DNA of 64,000 nt from an uncultured Gemmatimonadales bacterium (GTDB lineage: Bacteria > Gemmatimonadota > Gemmatimonadetes > Gemmatimonadales > Gemmatimonadaceae), in the NCBI GenBank assembly GCA_963850905.1, contig CAWKMU010000003.1:1344001-1408000 (forward strand), given 5' to 3'. A model generated the notes under the pieces. The model ran no database searches. It worked only from the letters and a program-made list of their open reading frames with translations, and had not been told where the DNA came from. Both the position numbers and the translations under genes were made by a program. This document shows, one piece after another, positions 1 through 11,925 of the stretch. Position 1 is the first letter of the stretch. Every line of letters begins with the position of its first letter.

Positions 1-86
1 TCGACATCCCGCTCCGTCAGCGTGGCGCGGGCGTAGTCGCGACGGAGCGCTGCGAGTGCGTCGGACGGAGCAGGATCGAGCGCCAT
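1..86 (-). CDS. pdxH: Pyridoxine/pyridoxamine 5'-phosphate oxidase, N-terminus (runs off window start)
   Basis: Manual translation from ATG at 86: MALDPAPSDALAALRRDYARATLTERDV, matching the PdxH N-terminal 'LRRDY...L.E.DV' motif. Starts 5 nt after the bioB stop. Only 28 codons are visible. Confidence 0.75.
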   Translation of the reverse strand, partial: MALDPAPSDALAALRRDYARATLTERDV

Positions 87-91
87 GCGGC

Positions 92-3329
<3,238 letters not shown>

Positions 3330-3386
3330 GTCGAGCGAGCCCGTCGACCGCGCGACGCGACGCTCCGCGTGCGGACTCCGTGGGCG

Positions 3387-4629
3387 TCAGGACGGCAGCA
3401 CCCTGTCGAGCGCGTCGAGCAGTGTATCCACGTCAGCATCGCTGTGGGCCGCGCTCGCCGTAATGCGCAGGCGCGAGGTACCCGCCGGGACGGTCGGCGG
3501 CCGCACTGCGCCCACCAGCACCCCACGATCCCTGAGCGCCGCGCCGAGGCGCACGACCGTGTCGGCATCACCGACGGGGACCGGGACGACATGGCCCTCT
3601 GGATCGCCGGGCGCGGGCCAGCCCCGCGCCGCCAGGCCCTGGCGAATTCGTCGAGCGACGGCGCGCAGCCGATCGCGGCGCCAAGGCTCGGCGCGCGCGA
3701 TTCTCAGCGCCGCCAGTGCGGCGGCGGCGAAGGCCGGCGGCAGGGCAGTCGTGAATACGAACGCTCGGCTGCGATTGAGCAGGTACTCGACGAGTGTACG
3801 AGACCCGCTGACGAACGCGCCCGCTACGCCGAATGCTTTCCCCAGCGTGCCCATCACGACGTCGATCCGCCCCTCGAGCCCCCAGTGCTCTGCGCTGCCG
3901 CGGCCGTGGCGACCCAGCACGCCCGTGCCATGCGCATCATCGACGAAAACCCAGCTGCCGTGCCGGCGGGCGATGGCAACGATGCGATCGAGCGGCGCGC
4001 GATCCCCATCCATTCGAAAACACGCCCTCCGTCACGATGAGTCGACGGGCGAACCGTGTGCCGTCCACCGCCAATGCGGCGTCCAGCGCGGCGGGGTCGG
4101 CGTGGGCGACGACACGTACCTCGGCACGTGACAGCCGGCAGGCATCGATGAGGGATGCATGATTGAGTGCATCGCTGTAGATGACGTCGCCGCGTCCGAC
4201 GAGCGCTGGGATGGTCCCGATATTGGCGAGGTATCCGCTGCCGAACAACAGAGCGGCGTCCGCTTGCTTGAACCGCGCGAGGTCCAGCTCGAGGGCCTCG
4301 TGAAGGGGATGGTTCCCGCTGATCAAGCGCGCGGCGGCGGCCCCCGTCCCGTCGCGGGTCAGCGCCGCCGCCGCGGCTCTCGCGAGTCGGGGATCGGAAG
4401 CCAGTCCCAGATAGTCATTGGATGAGAAGTCCAGCGCCGCCCGATCGTCGACGGTGATGCGAGACCCGGTCCGCCGCTGCACACGATGCAGCGCGCGCCT
4501 CAGGCCGGCCCGAGTGAGGGCCTCGAGCTCGCCTGCGAGCGTGTGTTCCAGCGACTCGGGTGCATCGAGGACGCCGATGCCGGCGGACTGCGGCAGATAC
4601 GGCCCTGGGTCGCCACGTTCAGTGGACAT
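3387..4629 (-). CDS. bioF: 8-amino-7-oxononanoate synthase, split by a single-base frameshift near 4014
   Basis: N-half 3937..4629 has FSSNDYLGL and NHASLIDA; C-half has DDAHGTGV, GTLGKAFG, RPPTVP. The conserved TEGVFSMDGD motif is broken by one extra base (TTTTCGAATGGAT). Confidence 0.9.
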
Positions 4630-6421
4630 GCGACGCCGCCGGCTGCTCGACCGCCTGCCGAAGCTGGTCGATCTCGTACGGCTTCACGAGCACGGTCGTC
4701 GTCACATGCGCGGCATCTGCGAAGTCATCGGGCAGCGCCGTGCTGTCCCCGGTCGAGACGATATAGCGTGTGGTCTGGCAGCGCGGGAGCGCTCGCAGCT
4801 GACGAATGACCTCGCCGCCGTCGAGCCCGGGCATGCGCAGATCGCAGATCACGATGTCAAACGACTGGTGATGGGCGAGCTCGATCGCTCGCGTGCCGTT
4901 GGGGGTCGTCGTGACGGAATGGCCTCGAGCGGAGAAGTAGCGATCCAGCACCTCGAGGATGGCCTTCTCGTCATCGACGACGAGGATGCGCAGAGGGACT
5001 GCGGCGCGGCTGACGCTGGCCGGCCGCTCCACCGCCCCGGCAACACGATGCACCGGGCTCCTGGGCGCGGGCCCCGCGAGCGGCACCGCCACGCCAGCGT
5101 CGCTGGCCGGTGTCGGCGCGCGTGAGAACGCGCCTGTGGTAGCGGGCGGCGGTGGCGCAGGTGCCGCCTGGTCGCGCGCAGTCACCGCCGGCAGACGCAC
5201 GATGAACCGGGTGCCGCGGCCGACCTGCGTCTCCAGATCGATGGTGCCGCCGTACGTCGTCACGATGCCGTGGACGACCGCAAGTCCAAGACCTGTACCC
5301 TCGCCCTCCTCCTTACTCGTCCAGAACGGATCCCAGATACGAGCGCGATACTCCTCAGGGATGCCGGGTCCGTTGTCCTCGACTTCGAGCGTCACGATGC
5401 CGTCGTGGGCGGCCGTCCGGATGGTGATGGCAGGAGCTGCCGGCGAGGCATTGCCGTGTGTGGCGCTCGGCTCGTCAATCGCTTGCTCGAGTGCCTGCCT
5501 CGCATTGACGACGAGGTTGAGGACGACTTGTTCGAGTTGCGACGCCTGCGCCAAGACTGGTGGCAACGCTGCGGCGAGCGAGAGTGTCCGCCGGATGCCG
5601 CGGGTCTCGATCTGGTACCGCTGCGCGTCGAGGATGTAGCGCACGACTTCGTTGAGATCGACCGCCTCGCGCCGCTCGTGTTCGTGGCGGCGTGAAAACG
5701 CAAGGAGGTCTCGCACGATGCGCGCCGCACGTTGGGCCTCGTGATTGATCGTCTCGAGGCCACTCCGGTCCTCGTCGCTGAGCGTTTGTCGCAGCATCAG
5801 CTGCGCGAATCCGCCGATGGCTGCCAGTGGATTGTTGAGCTCATGCGCGACGCCTGCCAGCATGTGCCCAAGGCTCGCCATCCGCTCACTGCGCCGGACC
5901 AGCTCTTCCTGGCGCGCGCGGTCGGTGATGTCCTCGGTCATCCCCTCGAGGGCGATCGCGTTGCCGCGCCCGTCCTTCACGACCTGCAGTGAGAGCCGCA
6001 CGAGAATGGGCGCGCCGTCGTGGCGGCGCCAGCGAACTTCAGTCCATCCTCGATGCTCATCGCCCAATGCGACGCCGAGAATCCGCTGATGGTCGGCGGG
6101 ATCGTAGTAGACGGCTCCGGCCGGCTCGGCCAGAAGCGATGCTGCTGACGGATGGCCGAGCGTGTGGACCAGCGCTGGGTTGACGTCGGTGAAGCGACCG
6201 TCCAGCGCCGCACGGAAGATGCCGGACGCGGCGCGATGTACGAGCGCCCGGTAGCGATCCTCCGTCGCCCGCATCTCGTCTTCGGCTTCCTCGCGGGCCG
6301 TCATGTAGTCGAGCAGGATTTCGCGGAGCGAGCTCAGGTCGCGCTCGAGGCGCAGGATGGTCCGATCCCGGTCGGCGAGGGCGTCGGCGTCCCGAGGAGC
6401 CGACAACGTCGGCTCGCTCAC
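4619..6421 (-). CDS. Cytoplasmic hybrid sensor histidine kinase (coiled coil-PAS-HisKA-HATPase-REC)
   Basis: PAS region, AHELNNPL H-box, NLVVNA N-box, DNGPGI/GTGLGL G-boxes, C-terminal VVDDE...CDLRMP...KP receiver. No obvious TM helix. Confidence 0.9.
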   Translation of the reverse strand: MSEPTLSAPRDADALADRDRTILRLERDLSSLREILLDYMTAREEAEDEMRATEDRYRALVHRAASGIFRAALDGRFTDVNPALVHTLGHPSAASLLAEPAGAVYYDPADHQRILGVALGDEHRGWTEVRWRRHDGAPILVRLSLQVVKDGRGNAIALEGMTEDITDRARQEELVRRSERMASLGHMLAGVAHELNNPLAAIGGFAQLMLRQTLSDEDRSGLETINHEAQRAARIVRDLLAFSRRHEHERREAVDLNEVVRYILDAQRYQIETRGIRRTLSLAAALPPVLAQASQLEQVVLNLVVNARQALEQAIDEPSATHGNASPAAPAITIRTAAHDGIVTLEVEDNGPGIPEEYRARIWDPFWTSKEEGEGTGLGLAVVHGIVTTYGGTIDLETQVGRGTRFIVRLPAVTARDQAAPAPPPPATTGAFSRAPTPASDAGVAVPLAGPAPRSPVHRVAGAVERPASVSRAAVPLRILVVDDEKAILEVLDRYFSARGHSVTTTPNGTRAIELAHHQSFDIVICDLRMPGLDGGEVIRQLRALPRCQTTRYIVSTGDSTALPDDFADAAHVTTTVLVKPYEIDQLRQAVEQPAASHVH

Positions 6422-7647
6422 GTTTGGGTCGTGGTCGGAGCAGCCTGGGACGCCGCGGACATGGTGCGATATATGTACACGCCGGCCTGGAGTGACGTCT
6501 CGGCATCGCGCGGAGCTGAGTCGGCATCCGCCGCCACGCGGGCCAGGGCAGCATCAATCGACGCGCGGGCCGGGCTCTTCGTGCACACCGGGTCTGCGTT
6601 GCGCGCGTCGCCCGTCACCTGGAAGGCCTGACATCGGCAGCCGCCGAAATCGACCGTGCGGCGTTCGCAGCTGCGACACGGTTCCTGCATCCAGTCATTG
6701 CCGCGAAAGGCGTTGAAGGCCGCCGATTGCCGCCAAATCCACTCGAGCGAGTGATCGCGCACACTGTCGAACGTGAGGGACTCGATCTGCCAGGCGGCCT
6801 GACACGGCAGCACACGCCCGTCGGGCGCCACGACGATGTAAACGGCACCCCACCCGCCCATGCACGGCTTCGGATAGGTCTGGTAGTAATCGGGCAGCAC
6901 GTACAGAATCTGCATGCGTCCGCGGTAACGTGCGATGGCCGATTCGACCACCGCTTCGGCCCGTGCGAGTTGTTCACGCGTCGGAAGCAGGCGATCTCGA
7001 TTCAGGGTGGCCCACCCGTAGTACTGCGTATTCGCGAGCTCCAATCGATCGGCGCCAAGCGACCCCGCCAGGTCGATGATGTCAGCGAGATGGTCGAGGT
7101 TGGCGCGGTGCAGCACGACGTTGACGGAAAAGGCGACGCCAAGCTCGCCGACGAGAGCGGCCGCAGCGAGCTTCTTGTCGACCGATGTGAGGCCGGCAAT
7201 GCGCTCCGCACCGGCTCGATCCGAGTCCTGGAACGAGATCTGGATGTGATCGAGGCCAGCGTCCCCCAGTTTTCGGGCTCGCTCCCTGGTGAGTCCGAGT
7301 CCCGACGTCACGAGCGTCGTGTACAGGCCGACGTCATGAGCGTGAGCCACCAGCTGTTCGAGGTCTTTCCGTAGCAGCGGCTCGCCCCCGGACAACCCGA
7401 GTTGGAGCACACCGAGAGCACGCGCTTCGCTCACGACCCGCTGCCAATCCGCGGTCGAGAGCTCCGCGCGAGACCGGAGCAAGTCGATCGGGTTGGAACA
7501 GTAGGGGCAGTGCAGCGGACAGCGATACGTCAGCTCCGCCAGCAATGTCGTCGGCCGCATGGCGTCCGTGCCCCGAGGCCCGACGGCCGCGGGCGCGGCG
7601 TCGGGTGCGCGGGTGTGGGCAGTGCCCGAGACGACATCACGCGGCAT
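6418..7647 (-). CDS. pqqE: PqqA peptide cyclase (radical SAM/SPASM)
   Basis: LAELTYRCPLHCPYCSNP, ELANTQYYGWA, KPCMGGWG, DFGGCRCQAF, DPVC. The start could be 7647 or 7560. Confidence 0.95.
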   Translation of the reverse strand: MPRDVVSGTAHTRAPDAAPAAVGPRGTDAMRPTTLLAELTYRCPLHCPYCSNPIDLLRSRAELSTADWQRVVSEARALGVLQLGLSGGEPLLRKDLEQLVAHAHDVGLYTTLVTSGLGLTRERARKLGDAGLDHIQISFQDSDRAGAERIAGLTSVDKKLAAAALVGELGVAFSVNVVLHRANLDHLADIIDLAGSLGADRLELANTQYYGWATLNRDRLLPTREQLARAEAVVESAIARYRGRMQILYVLPDYYQTYPKPCMGGWGAVYIVVAPDGRVLPCQAAWQIESLTFDSVRDHSLEWIWRQSAAFNAFRGNDWMQEPCRSCERRTVDFGGCRCQAFQVTGDARNADPVCTKSPARASIDAALARVAADADSAPRDAETSLQAGVYIYRTMSAASQAAPTTTQT

Positions 7648-7915
7648 CGTGGACCAGCTCGCGGTCGACCAGCTGGCCGAGGTAGGCGGCGACATCCGCG
7701 CTCACATCGGCATCGTATTTCGAACCGAGCGCCGTCGCGATCTCGTTCACTGTCCGCGTGCCATCGCAGAGCGCGAGGATCTCGGCGCCCGTATCGTTGA
7801 GGAGCATGGCGCCTTCGGGGTAGAGCAGCACACGACGTTTCCGGACCGGGTCGAAATCGAGGCGAGCCAAACGCCAGAGTCGAGGTCGCGCGGTGAGGGC
7901 CAGCGGCTCGCTCAT
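7637..7915 (-). CDS. pqqD: PqqA-binding chaperone (RRE)
   Basis: VLLYPEGAMLLNDTGAEILALCDG motif; located between pqqC and pqqE. Confidence 0.93.
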   Translation of the reverse strand: MSEPLALTARPRLWRLARLDFDPVRKRRVLLYPEGAMLLNDTGAEILALCDGTRTVNEIATALGSKYDADVSADVAAYLGQLVDRELVHDAA

Positions 7916-7925
7916 GGCTCTGCGC

Positions 7926-8675
7926 TCAATCGCTGTATGCGTGGTGGATGGTGTCGATCAGGACCCAGAGCATCTCGATCTTGAACGCCAGTGCGGCAAA
8001 TGCTCGCCGTTGTGACTCCACGGTCCTGCAATGGGCGGTCACGATGGCGATTCCCTGCGAGCTGTCGCGCGGAGCCTGGATCAGCCGGGATCGAAAGTAT
8101 TCCAGTCCGCCGGCGTCGACCCACGGGTAGTGGCGTGGGAAGGCCGCGAGCCGTTCATGCATGAGCGTGGGCGCGAAGAGCTCGGTCAGCGAGCTGGCGA
8201 CGGCTTCGACCCACCCATGCGTCTTGCAGAAGGTCACATACGACTCGGCAGCGATTCGGACGCCGGGGAGGACATGCCGTTCGTCCTCCATTTCCTCTCG
8301 CGGGACACCGAACGCCTCGCCGAGTCGAATCCACAACTCAATGCCACCACTGTTGGGTTCGGTCCCATCGTGGTCGACGATGCGCTGCAGCCACAGGCGC
8401 CGCACCGCGGGATCGGGACAATTCGAAATGATCGCTGCGTCCTTGCGCGGAATGGCCCGTTGATAGGCCAGTCGATTGGAGACCCACCCTTGAAGTTGGC
8501 GCTTGCTCAGCGCCCCTTCGCGCATGAGTTGGTGGAAGGGGTGGACCGCATAGTACGATCGGCTGAACGCACGAAGCGCAGCGACCAACGCGTCGCTCGC
8601 CAGCGGAGCGTCCAGCGACGGGATTGGTGGTGGCGGCGGCGCCGCCAACGTGGAGGGCGCAGCGGTGGCGGACAT
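7926..8675 (-). CDS. pqqC: Pyrroloquinoline-quinone synthase
   Basis: HPFH, IPRKDAAI, QRIVDHDG, EAVASSLTELFAP, YFRSRL.QAPRD motifs. Confidence 0.95.
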   Translation of the reverse strand: MSATAAPSTLAAPPPPPIPSLDAPLASDALVAALRAFSRSYYAVHPFHQLMREGALSKRQLQGWVSNRLAYQRAIPRKDAAIISNCPDPAVRRLWLQRIVDHDGTEPNSGGIELWIRLGEAFGVPREEMEDERHVLPGVRIAAESYVTFCKTHGWVEAVASSLTELFAPTLMHERLAAFPRHYPWVDAGGLEYFRSRLIQAPRDSSQGIAIVTAHCRTVESQRRAFAALAFKIEMLWVLIDTIHHAYSD

Positions 8676-8743
8676 GGCTCGTCTTAACTTAACGCGAAGC
8701 CCAGCCCTCCGGTGTCAGTATGTATCGTCGTGGGCGTCGCTCG

Positions 8744-9052
8744 TCAGCCCACCACGCTGGTGTCTGTCGGGTTGAATCCTGCGCGGCGCAGCGCCTCCAT
8801 GACGTGACATCGGACATCGTGGGGCGCGCAGGTCGTGCACTGACAATTCGCGACCGCGTCGAGAAACGCCTTCTCGAAATCGTAGTGTGGATAGCACTTC
8901 GAGCACAGCGCGAGATGGGTCCGCACGGCCTCCATCTTCTCCGGCCCCAACTCCGCGTCGAGATAGTCCCAGAGCTGTTGCAGCACGCTCGTGCAATCCA
9001 CTGCCCCTCGCGGGGACGACGGTGCGCAAGGATCCGGTGGGCGGTCTGTCAT
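8744..9052 (-). CDS. Zinc-binding anti-sigma factor (zf-HC2/ZAS, RsrA/RshA-like)
   Basis: C...LWDYLDAEL...HLALCSKC (HxxxCxxC) plus extra CQCTTC cysteines; 3 nt downstream of an ECF sigma gene; no TM helix. Confidence 0.85.
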   Translation of the reverse strand: MTDRPPDPCAPSSPRGAVDCTSVLQQLWDYLDAELGPEKMEAVRTHLALCSKCYPHYDFEKAFLDAVANCQCTTCAPHDVRCHVMEALRRAGFNPTDTSVVG

Positions 9053-9055
9053 AGG

Positions 9056-9667
9056 CTACGGGTTGGGGTGCGGTACCGAGTGCGGCGCCGCGGTCGCGGG
9101 GCTCGCAATACCGGCATCACGGGCGTACACGGCCAGGGCGCGTTGGAGCAAACGCCGGCCACGGAATAGGCGAGAGCGCACCGTCCCGATCGGGACCCCC
9201 AGGATCTCGGATGCCGCCTCATACGACTGATCCTCGACGTCGACCAGAGTCACCGCGGAGCGAAAGGGCTCCGCGAGCTCCTTGAGGGCGGTGGCCAGGG
9301 CCGGTCCAAGATCGAGGCGGGCGAGCAGGTGGTCGTCGCCGGTGTTTGCTCCCGACGTCTCCGCAAGCTGGGACGCCACGGCCTCGACATCGCCATCCTC
9401 GAGCTCGACCTGGTGCCGGGCACGTTCACGCGTCCGCAGAAAGGCGTTGCGGCAGATGGTGAACAACCAGCGCCGGGCGTCGCTCCCCCGCTCGAACGTG
9501 TGCCACGATCGATAGGCCCGCATGAATGTTTCCTGCACAATGTCGTCCGCATCCGCCTCGTTCCGCGTCAAGGACAGGGCGAATCGGTAGACATCGTCGA
9601 GCCACGGGAGCGCCTCTCGCTCGAAGCTGAGGTCGGACTCCCGCTGTTCTGCCGCGGTCAGCGCCAT
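9056..9667 (-). CDS. ECF RNA polymerase sigma factor (SigR/SigH-like)
   Basis: DADDIVQETFMRAY, WLFTICRN region 2; SYEAASEILGVPIGTVRSRLFRGR region 4. Confidence 0.9.
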   Translation of the reverse strand: MALTAAEQRESDLSFEREALPWLDDVYRFALSLTRNEADADDIVQETFMRAYRSWHTFERGSDARRWLFTICRNAFLRTRERARHQVELEDGDVEAVASQLAETSGANTGDDHLLARLDLGPALATALKELAEPFRSAVTLVDVEDQSYEAASEILGVPIGTVRSRLFRGRRLLQRALAVYARDAGIASPATAAPHSVPHPNP

Positions 9668-9734
9668 GCCTCGAATGTAGCAGGGGACCATCAATTTGGT
9701 TCCGGGAGGGATGCCCCTTGAAATCACCCTTGCC

Positions 9735-9749
9735 GGATCCGATCTTGCA
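9735..9749 (+). promoter_or_regulatory. Candidate sigma54 -24/-12 promoter upstream of pqqA
   Basis: GG-ATCCGATC-TTGCA has the GG-N10-GC spacing, about 60 nt before the pqqA ATG. An alternative ECF-like GAACC-N16-GTCG lies at 9750-9774. Confidence 0.35.
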
Positions 9750-9810
9750 GAACCTGCAGCAGGGTCGCCGGTCGCTCCGGCGAGCAGTTTCCTCTACTCG
9801 CGAGGTGCGC

Positions 9811-9885
9811 ATGCGCTGGGAGAAGCCGGAGTTCGAAGTCGTCGACGTGACGATGGAAGTCACCGCCTACGTCGCACGACGATAA
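9811..9885 (+). CDS. pqqA: PQQ precursor peptide (24 aa, MRWEKPEFEVVDVTMEVTAYVARR)
   Basis: Manual translation. Has the W.KP.F N-terminus and the ExxxY core (EVTAY). RBS GAGGTG at 9802-9807; directly upstream of pqqB. Confidence 0.93.
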   Translation: MRWEKPEFEVVDVTMEVTAYVARR

Positions 9886-9889
9886 GCAC

Positions 9890-9917
9890 AAGGGGGCCCG
9901 CCAACGCGGGCCCTTTT
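9890..9917 (+). terminator. Intrinsic terminator/attenuator between pqqA and pqqB
   Basis: GGGCCCGC-CAAC-GCGGGCCC perfect 8-bp stem followed by TTTT. Confidence 0.8.
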
Positions 9918-9983
9918 CGTGTGCGGTGATGTCGGGTTGCCCGGCGATTCTCCGCCGGGCGCCCTGATCCAGCGGGACGTGTC

Positions 9984-10923
9984 GTGGATATCATCCTGCT
10001 CGGCACCGCCGCCGGCGGCGGCTTCCCTCAGTGGAACTGCTGGTGCCCGGGGTGCCGCGTCGCGCGGACCGATCCTTCTCGGGCCCACCCGCGGACACAG
10101 TCATCCGTCGCTGTCAGTGCGGACGGAGCGCGCTGGACCCTGATCAATGCGTCGCCTGACGTGCGCGACCAGCTCGACCGTATCGGCCGTCCACATCCGG
10201 CGAACGGCATCATGCGGAGATGTGCCGGTCGAGGCCGTCGTATTGACGGACGCCGAGCTGGATCACTCGCTCGGTCTCGTGCTGCTTCGCGAGGCTCGAG
10301 CGATGACCGTCTACGCGACGCAGGGCGTGCTCAATGTGCTGGAGCGGGATTCGCGTATCCTCCCGACCGTGCGCGCATTCGCGAACGTCGCGATCGTCCC
10401 ACTGCCCCTCGATCGCGAGGTCGCACTACTCGATCGATCGGGCAATGCAATGGGGATAACGATCGAGGCGTTCGCGGTCGATGGCGACGCTCCGCGATTC
10501 GCGAGTGCCGACTCGGTCGGTCTGACAACTGGGCTGTTGATTCGCGATGGAACGTCCCTCAGCGCAGCGTACGTCCCCGGGTGCGGGGCGTTGACGCAGC
10601 CCGTGATCGCGCGCATCAAGGACGCGCAAGCGCTGCTGTTCGACGGCACCTTCTGGTCCGACGACGAGCTCATCACGCTCGGCATCTCGCCGAGGCGCGC
10701 GCGAGACATGGGCCACCTGCCAATCGGCGGCCGGGATGGCAGCCTGGCCGCGCTGACGACATTGGAACCAGGCCCGATCGTGTTCTACACGCACATCAAC
10801 AACACCAATCCGATCCTGATCGAGGACAGTCCGGAGCGCCGGATCCTCGAAGCGGCCGGGGCGCACGTCGGCCGTGATGGGCAACGGCTCACCACAAGTG
10901 GTCAGGTCGGAGCGGGCGGCTAG
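9984..10923 (+). CDS. pqqB: PQQ biosynthesis protein B (MBL fold), frameshift near 10217
   Basis: First frame: LGTAAGGGFPQWNC.C..C, RTQSSVAVS, INASPD. Second frame: LTDAELDHSLGL, FDGTFWSDDEL, MGHLP, THINNTNPIL. Confidence 0.92.
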
Positions 10924-11040
10924 GGGTCGACTTGGGGCACACGACGTCGTGGCTCGCCTTCTTTATTTGATCGGTACGAGCCGTGCCATTTGCTTTCATT
11001 CTCTGGGCCTAACTTCCGGATCTCTAACCCTCCTGCCGTA

Positions 11041-11493
11041 ATGCGTCCTCCCAGCGTCGTCACCGCCACCTGGAACGGCGAGCACCGCTTCGACATTCGC
11101 CGTGCCGGCGCAACCGTGTCCTCGCACATCGACGCCAAAGGCGTGACCGGGCCATCGCCGGTCGACGCGATGCTGGGCGCACTCGCGACCTGCGCAGCGG
11201 TGGACGCGCTCGACATCCTGGTGAAGCGGCGGACCCCGGCTGAGCGTTTATCGGTGAAAGTCACGGCTGATCGTGCGGACGCCGTTCCAGCGCGAGTCAC
11301 TCGGGTGCTCTTGGAGTACACGATCGACGGGGCCGGAATCGAGCGAGAGGCGGCCGAGCGAGCCGTCGACCTCGCCGTCTCGAAGTACTGTTCGGTTCGC
11401 AGCTCGCTCGATCCGACGATCCCGGTAGTGATTTCCGTGACGCTCAATGGTGAAGGCGGCGCCGAGAAGGTGACGGCCAGTCATGCCGCCTGA
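11041..11493 (+). CDS. OsmC/Ohr (YhfA-like) family protein
   Basis: GPSPVDAMLGALATC and KYCSV conserved cysteine pair. Confidence 0.85.
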   Translation: MRPPSVVTATWNGEHRFDIRRAGATVSSHIDAKGVTGPSPVDAMLGALATCAAVDALDILVKRRTPAERLSVKVTADRADAVPARVTRVLLEYTIDGAGIEREAAERAVDLAVSKYCSVRSSLDPTIPVVISVTLNGEGGAEKVTASHAA

Positions 11494-11839
11494 ACCTTTG
11501 CGCCCGGCGATCGTCGACCCATACGCGCGCCACGTGCTCATCTGTACCGGAGGGTTTTGCTCGCCAGACCGGGGCGGCCGGGCGCTCTACTCTCGGCTTG
11601 CCGAGCTACTCGAACGCGAGGACCTGCTGTTCGGTCCTACTCGCGTCAAGCGCGGCGAAACGCCGTGTCTCGGCGTGTGTGGCGGCGGCCCGGTCATGGT
11701 CGTGTACCCGGAGGGGGTATGGTACGCGGGGGTCACGCCAGCCCTGCTCGAACGCATTGTCGTTGAGCATCTCAAGCAGGGGCGGGTCGTTGAGGAGGCC
11801 GTGGCGTTTCGATTGGGGGTCGGTTTCCCTGACCCCTGA
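11483..11839 (+). CDS. Thioredoxin-like (2Fe-2S) ferredoxin
   Basis: HVLICTGGFC, TPCLGVC..GP.MVVYPEGVWY, IVVEHL. Confidence 0.85.
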   Translation: MPPEPLRPAIVDPYARHVLICTGGFCSPDRGGRALYSRLAELLEREDLLFGPTRVKRGETPCLGVCGGGPVMVVYPEGVWYAGVTPALLERIVVEHLKQGRVVEEAVAFRLGVGFPDP

Positions 11840-11925
11840 TCCCGGACCCCCGGTCCCTTGTATTTTTGATTGCTGGCCTGACCGTCTGAGCGTCTGCTCA
11901 TCGGTTTTCCCTCTCTCCGAGCCCC

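Noticed and set aside
6418..10923. Novel RiPP cluster (radical SAM/SPASM + RRE + short peptide)
   Set aside because: All components match canonical PqqA-E, including the ExxxY core and PqqC, so the product is most likely PQQ. Only the arrangement and regulation are unusual.
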